NCBI GenBank assembly: GCA_963665845.2
Contig: OY762492.1
Span: 3,520,001 to 3,584,000 of the forward strand
DNA from: Candidatus Poribacteria bacterium
GTDB taxonomy: Bacteria > Poribacteria > WGA-4E > GCA-2687025
Direction of reading: 5' to 3'
DNA: 64,000 nt
Position numbers and translations under genes: made by a program. Shown here one piece after another: positions 55,162-64,000 of the stretch (position 1 is its first letter; every line of letters begins with the position of its first letter). The notes under the pieces are model-generated. The model was not told the DNA's origin. It was given only the letters and a program-made list of their open reading frames with translations, and did no database searches.

Positions 55162-56439
55162 TCAGGACAAGTAGGACATGTCAGGATAGATCGGGAAGCG
55201 AGCGCACAATTCCTTCACCTCGGCGCGTATTTTCGCGCGTCCCTTTTCGCCTGTCGCTTTCTTCACCGCCAAGCTCATCCATTCGGCGATCTGCCGCATC
55301 TCTGGTTCGCGCATGCCGCGCGTCGTCAAGGCGGGGCTGCCCGGACGCAAGCCGCTCGTCACAAACGGCGAACGCGGGTCGTTCGGAACCGTGTTGCGGT
55401 TCACGATGATTCCCGCCTCTTCGAGTCGGTCGGCGGCGCGCTTGCCGCTGAACGGACGCTTCCGAAGATCAACCAGCATGAGATGATTGTCGGTCCCGCC
55501 GCTCACCAGGTCAAAACCGGCGGAGAGCAGCCCGTCCGCCAAAGCCGCCGCGTTCTTCACAATCTGCGCCGCATACTCTTTAAAAGACGGCTCCATCGCC
55601 TCTTTTAAATTCACCGCGCGCGCCGCCATCGCATGCATGAACGGGCCGCCCTGCAAGCCCGGAAAGACAGCGCGGTCGATGTCGGACGCCAGATCCGCCC
55701 TGCACATGACCAGCGCGCCGCGGGGACCGCGCAGCGTCTTATGCGTCGTCGTCGTCACGACATCGGCATATCCAAACGGGGTGGGATGAACGCCGCCGGC
55801 AATCAGACCGGCGATATGCGCGATGTCCGCCAAGAGATAGGCGCCGACCGAATCAGCGATCTCGCGCCAGGGGGCGAAGTCGATGAGGCGCGGATAGGCG
55901 CTCCCGCCGACGATGATCATGCGCGGGCGATGGCTCTCCGCCAGCTCCGCGACCTTGTTGAGATCGATATGCCCCGTCTCCTCGTCCACGCCGTAAAAAG
56001 CGACATCGTATAACTTGCCGGCAATGTTCTGCGCAAGCCCATGGCTCAAATGCCCGCCATGGCTCAACCGCATGGACAGGATGCGGTCGCCGGGTTCTAA
56101 CAGCGCCTGAAACGCGGCGATGTTCGCCTGCGAACCTGAATGGGTTTGGGCGTTCACATGCTCGGCGTTGAACAGCGCCTTCGTCCGCTCAATGACAAGC
56201 GATTCGATGCCGTCCATCCATTCGCACCCGTTGTAATACCGGCTGCCGGGGTAGCCTTCCGCATATTTGTTCGTCATGACGCTGCCCTGCGCCGCGAGGA
56301 CGGCGGGGCTGGCGTAGTTTTCGGACGGTATCAGAACGGCGTTGTCGCGCTGACGGCACAGGTCGCCCTCCAAAATACGCGCCGCTTCGGGATCAACGCC
56401 GCTCAATGAACGATGAAACGCATCCGCATGAATAGTCAA
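55162..56439 (-). CDS. glyA: Serine hydroxymethyltransferase
   Basis: LIPSENY, NKYAEGYPG.RYY, HSGSQAN, GGHLSHG, TTTHKTLRGPRG and GTDNHL. TTG start overlaps the panE stop, with a GGAG RBS. Confidence 0.96.
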   Translation of the reverse strand: MTIHADAFHRSLSGVDPEAARILEGDLCRQRDNAVLIPSENYASPAVLAAQGSVMTNKYAEGYPGSRYYNGCEWMDGIESLVIERTKALFNAEHVNAQTHSGSQANIAAFQALLEPGDRILSMRLSHGGHLSHGLAQNIAGKLYDVAFYGVDEETGHIDLNKVAELAESHRPRMIIVGGSAYPRLIDFAPWREIADSVGAYLLADIAHIAGLIAGGVHPTPFGYADVVTTTTHKTLRGPRGALVMCRADLASDIDRAVFPGLQGGPFMHAMAARAVNLKEAMEPSFKEYAAQIVKNAAALADGLLSAGFDLVSGGTDNHLMLVDLRKRPFSGKRAADRLEEAGIIVNRNTVPNDPRSPFVTSGLRPGSPALTTRGMREPEMRQIAEWMSLAVKKATGEKGRAKIRAEVKELCARFPIYPDMSYLS

Positions 56440-57362
56440 TCGAGTTCTCCTATCTGTATCTGGGCGCGCGCCAGCTCGGTCAACGCCTTCAAGGCGGGCG
56501 CGGGTATGCCATGCGCCGAGGCTTCGCGCAGGAGCGCGCCGTTGATCTGCTCCAACTCGGTGCGTGAACCGCGCAGCGCATCCTGGAGCATGGAGGAGCG
56601 GTTCTGCGCCGTTTTTTGACATACCTCCAGCATGCGCTTCTGCAGGTCGGGCGGGAGCTGAATCCCGCGCGCTTCCGCCGCTTTGGACGCCTCCTTGACG
56701 ACCCGAACGGCGAGACGGCGCAGCGGCTTGATTTGGCAAACGGCGCCGTTCTGGACGCCCAGCAGCGCCGTGATCGGATTCACCGCGGCGTTCACAACCG
56801 CCTTCGCCCAGACAGACGCTTCCCAGTCGGGGGCTGTTTTGGCGTCAAAGCCGGCGGCGCGCAGCCTTTCTATAAAACGACCCGCCGCCGCTGATGAGGC
56901 GTCCGACAGCGCGCCGACCGTTGTCGTTCCCGACCCAGCATGGCATATATGCCCTTCTTGAACAAGCCATGCGCCTTCGGAGGTGGAACCTGCCAAGACC
57001 CGCTCCGCGCCGTATGCCGACGCTAAAATCTCCGCGTTGCCGATCCCGTTCTGTAGGGTTACGGCGTAAGTATCCGTCAAAACCGCCGGCGACGCAAACG
57101 CCGCCGCTTCCGCTGTCGCATACGCCTTCACCGCGAACAGAACCCAAGCAGGCTTAAAATCCAGCGCGGACGGATCAGTGTAAACGCGCGGGGAAAAACG
57201 CCGCTCAACGCCGCCGCTCTCCACGCAAACGCCCGCGCGGTTCAAACGCTCCGCCCGATCCGCCCGATAATCCAGCAGCGACGCGCCCAGACGCGACGCA
57301 AACAGCAAACCTGTCGCGCCCGGACCGACGACCAAGCATGCGCCGCCTACCTCTTTTCCCAC
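56436..57362 (-). CDS. panE: 2-dehydropantoate 2-reductase
   Basis: GPGATG, AVKAY, LQNG, WAKAVVNAAVNP and SSMLQD...RTE...ING. Confidence 0.92.
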   Translation of the reverse strand: MGKEVGGACLVVGPGATGLLFASRLGASLLDYRADRAERLNRAGVCVESGGVERRFSPRVYTDPSALDFKPAWVLFAVKAYATAEAAAFASPAVLTDTYAVTLQNGIGNAEILASAYGAERVLAGSTSEGAWLVQEGHICHAGSGTTTVGALSDASSAAAGRFIERLRAAGFDAKTAPDWEASVWAKAVVNAAVNPITALLGVQNGAVCQIKPLRRLAVRVVKEASKAAEARGIQLPPDLQKRMLEVCQKTAQNRSSMLQDALRGSRTELEQINGALLREASAHGIPAPALKALTELARAQIQIGELD

Positions 57363-58636
57363 TTGATCAGCTCCGTCAGTTCGCTCAATGTGGCGCCGTC
57401 GTCGATCTCGCGGCGCAGGCGGTTTTCCAGCTCCATGACGCTCATGGCGCGGTTGGCCGTTTCCAGCGCCGACTTTGCGGGTACCGACACAACGCCGTCA
57501 TCGTCGCCGACGATCCAATCGCCGGGGCGGATCGTCACATCGCCGATCTTGATAGGGGCGTTGATTTCGCCCATGCCCTTCGGCTCCCATGCGGTCGGGT
57601 GGATATGCCGGGCGTAGGCGGGGAAGCGCAGGCGGCGTATCTCGGTTGTATCGCGGATTCCGCCGTCCACGACGACGCCCGCCAAGCCTTTCGCCGCGGC
57701 GCTGTGCGTCGCAAGTTCTCCCCAGACGGCGCTCGGATGTCCGCCCGCGTCCACGACAATCACATCGCCCGGCTCCGCGATGTCGATCGCCTCGACAGGC
57801 TTTGCCCAGTCGCCGGGATACGTTCTCACTGTGACGGCGCGACCCGCCATTTTGAAACCGTCCATCGCTGGACGGAGATAAGGCAAACCGCCTGTTCGGT
57901 GCTGCGCGTCCGCGATGTTTGCCGTACTGACCTTCAAAAACGCCTCGCGTATCGAGTCGGCGTCGGCGCGTTTGAAATGCGTTGTCGGGATGCGCGCGCC
58001 CGTTTTCACCGCCTTGACGATGGCGCGCGCCGCTTCGCGCGGGTCTTCCGCCTTCGCGATGGCGCCGCCGACGATGACGATGGACGCGCCCGCTTCAACC
58101 GCCAGCGCCGCGTTTTCGGAATGAAGCCCGCCCGCCGCCGCGACCGGGACAGGCGACGCCTCGCAAACGCGCGCCAGCGTTTCAAACGGATCCACGCCGC
58201 GCATCTGCTCGTCGATGGGGGTGTGAATGCCGACATAATCGGCGCCAAGTTCCGCCGCCTCAACGGCGCGCTGGACAGGGTCGGCGACTCCGATCAGGTC
58301 GACCATGATCTTGCTGCCGTAGTTGGCGGCGGCTTCGATGCTTTCGCGCAGGGTGGCGTCCGAGGCGGCGCCGAGAACAGCGGCGATGTCGGCGCCCGCC
58401 TTGCTTGCCATCTCCACCTCAACGCGCCCGGCGTCCATCGTTTTCATGTCGGCGACGATCGTATGTCGGCGGAAACGGGCGCGCAGCTGACGAACCGCCT
58501 CCAGCCCCTCGCTCTTGATGAGCGGCGTTCCCGCTTCGATCCAGTCCACGCCACCCTCCACGGCCGCCTCCGCGGCGGACATGGCGCGCCGAAGGTTCAT
58601 GAAATCTAGCGCCAACTGCACAACAGGAAAGCTCAT
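57347..58636 (-). CDS. hxlA: 3-hexulose-6-phosphate synthase fused to an RraA/MenG-like domain
   Basis: QLALD, EAGTPLIKSEG, ADMKTMDAG and AAAGGL in the N-terminal half; AVWGEL, VVDGGIRD and PGDWIVGDDDGVV in the C-terminal half. Confidence 0.88.
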   Translation of the reverse strand: MSFPVVQLALDFMNLRRAMSAAEAAVEGGVDWIEAGTPLIKSEGLEAVRQLRARFRRHTIVADMKTMDAGRVEVEMASKAGADIAAVLGAASDATLRESIEAAANYGSKIMVDLIGVADPVQRAVEAAELGADYVGIHTPIDEQMRGVDPFETLARVCEASPVPVAAAGGLHSENAALAVEAGASIVIVGGAIAKAEDPREAARAIVKAVKTGARIPTTHFKRADADSIREAFLKVSTANIADAQHRTGGLPYLRPAMDGFKMAGRAVTVRTYPGDWAKPVEAIDIAEPGDVIVVDAGGHPSAVWGELATHSAAAKGLAGVVVDGGIRDTTEIRRLRFPAYARHIHPTAWEPKGMGEINAPIKIGDVTIRPGDWIVGDDDGVVSVPAKSALETANRAMSVMELENRLRREIDDGATLSELTELIKWEKR

Positions 58637-58810
58637 TTCGATGCCGCCTCCGTTTCCCGTTCGCTGCTGTTTAATAAATCAGATCAACGCTGTCGACTTT
58701 CCACTCCCGCATCCCCGCCCTTCGCGATCAGATGTCATCCCGCGACAAATGCGCCTGCCACATGATCAGACACAGAAAGCCAGCGGGTGCGATTTTGTTC
58801 ATACGAGGTC

Positions 58811-59209
58811 TCATTCCTCTTCCTGACTGTGTTCATTGGGGTGAGATGCTCTGTGTATCTGTCGGCAAGCCTCTTCTAGAACGCGTAGTCTTTGCCATGT
58901 GTCAGGCACTGCAGCTGCTAATGCTTGTGCAGCCTCATTTCGCGTATTTAGCGCATCCTCGTAAACTGCCTCTACGGCCGCAACAGCCTTTTTCCACAGG
59001 TTTTTCGCATCGCCCGTTGCCGCATCTCGCATCGCTATTGTTTCCGACAACAGCTGTCGCATGCTTTCTGCCTGTTCCACTGTATCGTCCCAGATGTGAA
59101 ACTCATGCCGCGCCTGGCGTTCCAGCTTGTCGAGGACTTTCGCTCTTTCAATGAGCGCAATGCGCATCGGATCTTTTGCTTTATTCTTGGCATGTTGCTG
59201 GTCACTCAT
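58811..59209 (-). CDS. Hypothetical helical/coiled-coil protein
   Basis: ORF overlaps the upstream gene by 8 nt; GAGG RBS; helical composition. Confidence 0.55.
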   Translation of the reverse strand: MSDQQHAKNKAKDPMRIALIERAKVLDKLERQARHEFHIWDDTVEQAESMRQLLSETIAMRDAATGDAKNLWKKAVAAVEAVYEDALNTRNEAAQALAAAVPDTWQRLRVLEEACRQIHRASHPNEHSQEEE

Positions 59210-59651
59210 GGTTGGCCTCTAAGTCTTGCTTGGTCAGATCGAATCCGTCAATTTGCTGATATACAGCTTGGTCGATAGACCTTGCCCGTCCTCCAGCCTG
59301 CGAGGACGCGGGAGGATGTCCTTTGAGCGCCTGTTCCAGAGCGCCAAGTCGGCGGGAAATATACAGCATAAACCCGATCACAATAGCCGCAGCTGCGCCC
59401 TGAACGCCCAGGATAATCCCGATAAGCCACCTCTCCAAAGAGGTCATGCTGTTTTTCAGTTCGTCTTTCAGATTTAGCACATCCACCTTCGTAGCAGGCT
59501 CTGCCTTCAGGACGACGATATTCGCATCCTTCTGGGGCGTGGACAATGTTTGGTTAGACGCATCAACGGCTAAAGGCGATGTCAACGCCGCCATGAGCGC
59601 AATGATTCCGAACATAGCTGCCACAGTAAGCCATCTGGTTTTGCCGTTCAT
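59202..59651 (-). CDS. Small coiled-coil membrane protein (DUF1640/CCDC90-like)
   Basis: Signal peptide; PATKVDV + heptads + WLIGIILG TM. AAGGA RBS and a TTGCCG-17-TACTCT promoter at 59708-59736. Confidence 0.65.
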   Translation of the reverse strand: MNGKTRWLTVAAMFGIIALMAALTSPLAVDASNQTLSTPQKDANIVVLKAEPATKVDVLNLKDELKNSMTSLERWLIGIILGVQGAAAAIVIGFMLYISRRLGALEQALKGHPPASSQAGGRARSIDQAVYQQIDGFDLTKQDLEANHE

Positions 59652-59834
59652 CTCGATCCTTTCTTTTGTCGGGCGGTGAATACGGCCGCCCAGAACGATC
59701 TACGTATAGAGTAGCGCTATCGTTCCGTTGCGGCAAGCGGGCTGTTTAAACGGGACTCTCCGCCGTCGTCGTCAGTTCAATGCGCCGCCCTGTCTGCCCG
59801 CCTCCAGCCCCTTTGACAAGGGGAAACAGCCTCG

Positions 59835-61391
59835 CTAAATGAGAACGATGAACAGCAGCGTCGCGACGATGAAGATCGGTATCAGGATCGCCGCCGACCA
59901 GCCCATATATCCAAAGAAGGAGGGCATTTTCACCCCGTCCTGAATGGCGATGGAGCGCACCATGAAGTTCGGCGCGTTGCCGATGTAGGTGTTCGCGCCC
60001 ATGAAGACGGCGCCCATCGAGATCGCTTTCAGGAACGACTCAAACTGCTGCAGGCTGGTTCCCAGCTGCTCCGCCGTCATATTGAGGTCGGGATGGTTCT
60101 GCATGATCTGCTGAACGAGCGCGGGGTCGGCCGCTGCCGCGTTGAACCATGGGAGCGGCGACTCGCGCAGGAACTCCCCGACCGCCGGCTCCGTCAAGCT
60201 CAACTTGCCGAGCGCCGTATTGAAGAAGGTCAGGTAGGTCGGCGCGTTGTCTAAGAAGCTGGAGAGTATGCCTGTCAGCCACAGATACGCTGTCTCGGAG
60301 CTGGCGGCGCGGATGATCGGAGCGAGCGCGCCGTCTTCGCCCGCCTTCAAAATGGCGATGGCGGGAATGATCGTCATAAAGATGCCGGCGAAGAGTATCC
60401 CCACCTCGCGTATCGGCTCCCATGTGTAGCGGTTCTCCTCGCGCAGTTCGTTCTTTGTTGTGAAAAACGCGAGCGCGGAGATGCCGAGTATAAGACCGTC
60501 GCGCAGGAGGCTGGACGGGCTAACCTTCACCCCAAGCAGCGTGATCTCTTCAGGGCGCCAGACGCCGCTCATCAAAACGGCGCCCATGATGCCGAGCAGA
60601 TAGAGAAAGTTATGTCCGCCGGCGATGGACAGCGGCGTCGTTTCGCTTGGCGAATGCGTCTCTTCTTTGGCGTCCATCTTCTTATCCAAGAAATAGAAGA
60701 CCGCCAGCACAATCAGAATCACAAACAGCATCTGCGGCAGCAGGCTTAGCGTCCACTGAAACGGCACGCCATGCAAAAAGCCGAGAAACAGCGGCGGGTC
60801 GCCCAGCGGCGTCAAGGAGCCGCCGATGTTGCTGACGAGAAAGATAAAGATAACGACGATATGAATGCGCCGTTTGCGGTGCGAATTCGCGCGCAGAAGC
60901 GGGCGGATGAGCAGCATGGAGGCGCCTGTCGTTCCGATGAGCGACGCCAGAACCGAGCCGACCGCGATGAAACCGACATTCACAATCGGCGTCCCGACGA
61001 GAGTCCCGCGCAGCACAATCCCGCCGGACGCGACGAACAGCCCGCCCAGCAGGATGATGAACGGAATATAGTCGACCAGGTAGATATGCAGTATTTCGTG
61101 CATCGCCGTGTCATATTTGCCGCCCATGGAGTAGACGGCAACGAACGGGGCGGCAAACGCCAGCGTCCAGAACAGCGTCACCTTCGGATATTGCTTTTCA
61201 AACCAGTGATGGTCGACAACGGGGCAAACGGCTATAGAGAGCAGCATGCCGACGAACGGAACGATCCACCAAAGGGAAAGTTCAGCCCCGATGCCCGGGC
61301 CGGCGGCTTCGGCGGCGCCTGCCGCTGTTGTGAAAGAGATCAACGCGAGAGCGGCAAGGGAGCCTCGAATTGCGCGGCGTACGTTCATCAA
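59835..61391 (-). CDS. DUF1646 / putative sodium:proton antiporter (ion transporter superfamily)
   Basis: PFVGMLLSIA..P, GTTGASMLLIRP, SNIGGSLTPLGDPPLFLGFL, SSFLDNAPTYL and GANTYIGNAPNFMV. Confidence 0.85.
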   Translation of the reverse strand: MMNVRRAIRGSLAALALISFTTAAGAAEAAGPGIGAELSLWWIVPFVGMLLSIAVCPVVDHHWFEKQYPKVTLFWTLAFAAPFVAVYSMGGKYDTAMHEILHIYLVDYIPFIILLGGLFVASGGIVLRGTLVGTPIVNVGFIAVGSVLASLIGTTGASMLLIRPLLRANSHRKRRIHIVVIFIFLVSNIGGSLTPLGDPPLFLGFLHGVPFQWTLSLLPQMLFVILIVLAVFYFLDKKMDAKEETHSPSETTPLSIAGGHNFLYLLGIMGAVLMSGVWRPEEITLLGVKVSPSSLLRDGLILGISALAFFTTKNELREENRYTWEPIREVGILFAGIFMTIIPAIAILKAGEDGALAPIIRAASSETAYLWLTGILSSFLDNAPTYLTFFNTALGKLSLTEPAVGEFLRESPLPWFNAAAADPALVQQIMQNHPDLNMTAEQLGTSLQQFESFLKAISMGAVFMGANTYIGNAPNFMVRSIAIQDGVKMPSFFGYMGWSAAILIPIFIVATLLFIVLI

Positions 61392-63049
61392 TGATCCTCG
61401 TCCATTTCGGTAGGCGTAGAAATCGAAGGAGCGGGCTGCTCCATGGGCGGCGTCGGTTCGACCATCGCCGTCTTTACGGTTCCAGGTTTTGTTAAATTGC
61501 TGATGGAGCCGTCCGCGTCCATTTTGTCAAGAAACGGGGTCGGGCTAATGCCGATCCAGAAGACGGCGGCAATCAACGGCAGCGCGGCGATCATCTCCCG
61601 CGCGTTCAGGTCTTTCAGCGCCTCATTCGCTTTCACCTTGATGGGACCGAAGAAGACGCGCTGAACCATCCAGAGCATATAGACCGCCGCCAGAATGACG
61701 CCCAGCGCCGCAGCGATTGCATACGCCTCGCGCCCCTCCGTCATGAAGGAGCCTGCCAAGATCAGGAATTCGCCGACGAATCCGTTCGTGCCGGGAAGTC
61801 CGATGGAAGCGAATGTGATGATCAAAAAGACAGCGGCGTAAGCGGGCATTTTCTTGGCGATGCCGCCAAACTCCTTGATCTGCCGCGTATGGCGCCGGTC
61901 GTAGAGCATCCCGACCAGCATGAAGAGCGCGCCGGTGGCAATCCCGTGATTCACCATCTGCAGGACGGCGCCTTTCGTTCCCATCTCGCTTCCGGCGAAG
62001 AGTCCTAAAACGACAAAGCCGAGGTGGCTGACGCTGGAATAGGCGACGAGGCGTTTCATGTCGGGCTGAACCATCGCGACGAGCGCGCCGTAGAGTATGC
62101 CGATGACGGCGATGACCGAGACGATGTCCGCGTTCGCGGCGGCGGCTTCAGGGAAGAGCGGAAGGCAGAAGCGCAGAATGCCGTACGCCCCCATCTTCAG
62201 CAGGACGCCCGCCAGTATCATGGAGCCGGCGGTGGGCGCCTGGGTGTGAGCGTCGGGAAGCCATGTATGAACCGGAAAGAGCGGAACCTTGATCGCAAAG
62301 GCGACGAAAAACGCCCAGAAAAGCCATACCTGCGCGCTCCCGCCGAAGCCCGTACTGGCGGCGTACTCCATAATGGCGGTCAGGTCGAAGGTTCCCGTCT
62401 GCATGCGTATGTACAAGATGCCGGCGAACATGAGCGCGCTGCCCGCCATTGTATAGAGAACGAATTTGAGCGTCGCATAGACCCGCTCGGAGACCTGCCC
62501 GAACAGAAACGTTTGACGCCAGCCTGGGCTGCCCCATATGCCGATGATGAAATACATCGGGATCAGCGTCATCTCCCAGAAAATGAAGAACAGGACCAGG
62601 TCGAACGCGGCGAATGTGCCGAGCATCGCTGTTTCAAGAACGAGCAGCAGGGCGAGAAAACCGCCCGCGCCTTTTTCTTTTTGCGGATACTCGTCAGACG
62701 GGTACGCGTCGCGCTGTCCGGAGTCGGGGATGGAGATGTTGCGCCAGGAGGCTAAGATGCAGATCGGGGTCAAAAAGGTTGTTAAAACGACCAGCCAGAG
62801 CGAAATGCCGTCGATGCGCAGATGAAAGCTGGAGCCGACGCTGGGCAGCCAGTCATGCTGGACCGAATCGCCGCCGTTGAAAACGAAATGGAGCGACAAG
62901 CCGAAGGTTACGAGCGAGACGATCAACGCCCCGATCTTGAGACCTTCGTTTCGGAGCCGCTGGTCGGGCGCCTTGGCGGTGGCGACCGCCGCGATTCCAA
63001 GCGCCGCCGCGCCCAGCAGCGGGAGAAAGATGGTTGAAACCAGTATCAA
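61388..63049 (-). CDS. nuoM: NADH-quinone oxidoreductase subunit M
   Basis: DGISL, FFIFWE..LIPMY, FAIKVPLFPVHTWLPDAH, LLKMG.YG, YSSVSH and GLPGTNGFVGEF. TTG start with AGGAGG RBS. Confidence 0.93.
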   Translation of the reverse strand: MILVSTIFLPLLGAAALGIAAVATAKAPDQRLRNEGLKIGALIVSLVTFGLSLHFVFNGGDSVQHDWLPSVGSSFHLRIDGISLWLVVLTTFLTPICILASWRNISIPDSGQRDAYPSDEYPQKEKGAGGFLALLLVLETAMLGTFAAFDLVLFFIFWEMTLIPMYFIIGIWGSPGWRQTFLFGQVSERVYATLKFVLYTMAGSALMFAGILYIRMQTGTFDLTAIMEYAASTGFGGSAQVWLFWAFFVAFAIKVPLFPVHTWLPDAHTQAPTAGSMILAGVLLKMGAYGILRFCLPLFPEAAAANADIVSVIAVIGILYGALVAMVQPDMKRLVAYSSVSHLGFVVLGLFAGSEMGTKGAVLQMVNHGIATGALFMLVGMLYDRRHTRQIKEFGGIAKKMPAYAAVFLIITFASIGLPGTNGFVGEFLILAGSFMTEGREAYAIAAALGVILAAVYMLWMVQRVFFGPIKVKANEALKDLNAREMIAALPLIAAVFWIGISPTPFLDKMDADGSISNLTKPGTVKTAMVEPTPPMEQPAPSISTPTEMDEDH

Positions 63050-63070
63050 AGCCGACGCCTCCTATTTCGT

Positions 63071-64000
63071 CTAGAAAAGCCGAAGCAACACGAGAAGGAC
63101 GGCTCCCGCAAAAATGACCGCCGCGTAGGTCTGTATCATGCCGTTCTGGGTGAAGCGCAGAATGGAGCCTGCCGCGTTCATCAGCGCGCCCGATACGTTC
63201 ACGGCGCCGTCAATGAGACCCTTGTCGATGACGCGCCAGAGCGCGGAGAGGGACAGCCATTTCAGCGGACGGACGACCGCCCTGTCGTACAGTTCATCCA
63301 CCCAGTATTTGTTCCGCCAAAGCTGGACAATCAGGTTGGCGCGCTGCAGGTCTTCCGCCGATTTGCCTTTATACATGAAATACCCGGCGGCGATGCCGAC
63401 CAGTCCAAGCACCGTTCCGATGAGCATCGCCGGGTTAAAGAAGGAGGCTGCGTGATGTTCGCCGTGGAAAACCGTCTCCAGCGACTTGTAAAACGGACCC
63501 GACTCGCCGACGCCTAGGAAAGCAAATCCGCCGGCAACGGACAATACCGCCAGAACGATGAGCGGTATCGTCATAACAAGGGGCGATTCGTGGGCATGCG
63601 CGGTCAGCTCTTCGTCCCTGCTTTCGCCCATGAAGACGATGCTGAACAGCCTGAACATGTAAAACGCGGTCAGCCCTGCCGTGACAGCGCCGACGGCGAA
63701 TATCGCCATGTTGTGTTCAAACGCATAGACCAGTATCGCGTCCTTGCTGAAAAAACCGCTCAACAGCGGGAAACCGGAGATGGCAAGCGCGGCGGTGGCG
63801 AAGGTGTAAAATGTGATGGGCATTTTGCCGCTCAATCCGCCCATCCGCCGTATGTCGCCGACATCATGGAGCGCGTGCAGGACGCTTCCCGCCGCGAGAA
63901 AGAGGAGAGCCTTGAAAAAAGCGTGCGTCATCAGGTGCGCCATCCCTGCGGCGTAGGCGCCCATGCCGACGGCGGCGATCATATACCCTAACTGGCTGAT
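63071..64000 (-). CDS. nuoL: NADH-quinone oxidoreductase subunit L, 3' part (5' end outside window)
   Basis: SQLGYM, HLMTHAFFKALLFL, GFPLLSGFFSKD, TAFYMFR, HES and NKYWVDELY. Confidence 0.93.
   Translation of the reverse strand: MSQLGYMIAAVGMGAYAAGMAHLMTHAFFKALLFLAAGSVLHALHDVGDIRRMGGLSGKMPITFYTFATAALAISGFPLLSGFFSKDAILVYAFEHNMAIFAVGAVTAGLTAFYMFRLFSIVFMGESRDEELTAHAHESPLVMTIPLIVLAVLSVAGGFAFLGVGESGPFYKSLETVFHGEHHAASFFNPAMLIGTVLGLVGIAAGYFMYKGKSAEDLQRANLIVQLWRNKYWVDELYDRAVVRPLKWLSLSALWRVIDKGLIDGAVNVSGALMNAAGSILRFTQNGMIQTYAAVIFAGAVLLVLLRLF

Noticed and set aside
18601-56739. Extended N-termini in the ORF track (addA 18822, lptG 23032, cytochrome protein 26437, PhyH 46121, nuclease 52499, glyA 56739)
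   Set aside because: They overlap upstream genes or repeats. Downstream starts fit the RBS, stop-start coupling and family N-termini better.
1365-58609. Long antisense ORFs (1365-2417, 6785-7786, 28771-30006, 32555-34039, 44197-45240, 46571-48040, 57338-58609)
   Set aside because: They are shadow ORFs opposite well-supported genes in GC-rich DNA and have no recognisable motifs.

Overview
GC-rich bacterial chromosomal window. The gene mix suggests Candidatus Poribacteria or a similar sponge-associated lineage (inference): planctomycete-type cytochrome c/DUF1549/DUF1553 plus DUF1501, LamG-domain protein, PhyH dioxygenase, several Gfo/Idh/MocA genes and a membrane-anchored ECF sigma factor. Housekeeping blocks are lptF-lptG-addB-addA-lipoprotein-LolB-like-ispE-tRNA-Gln, an HPS/RraA fusion-panE-glyA operon, and nuoL-nuoM followed by a DUF1646 antiporter. 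Accessory content includes an AlgI/AlgJ-X O-acetylation cluster in which three proteins share an unnamed C-terminal domain, a single-chain restriction-modification enzyme between direct repeats, three tandem paralogous membrane proteins with a hypervariable loop, a lone PglZ-like protein with substituted metal ligands, and an ABC-ATPase + small PD-(D/E)XK-like nuclease + DNA methyltransferase operon. Many intergenic gaps hold a mosaic of four repeat families: a REP-like palindrome, a CCCCCTTGAAAAGGGGG hairpin, a ~100-bp long palindrome, and a ~167-bp MITE-like element with terminal inverted repeats, target-site-like duplications and a nested REP. I recognised no transposase, integrase, reverse transcriptase or CRISPR array. 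All family calls come from reading motifs by eye; no searches were run.
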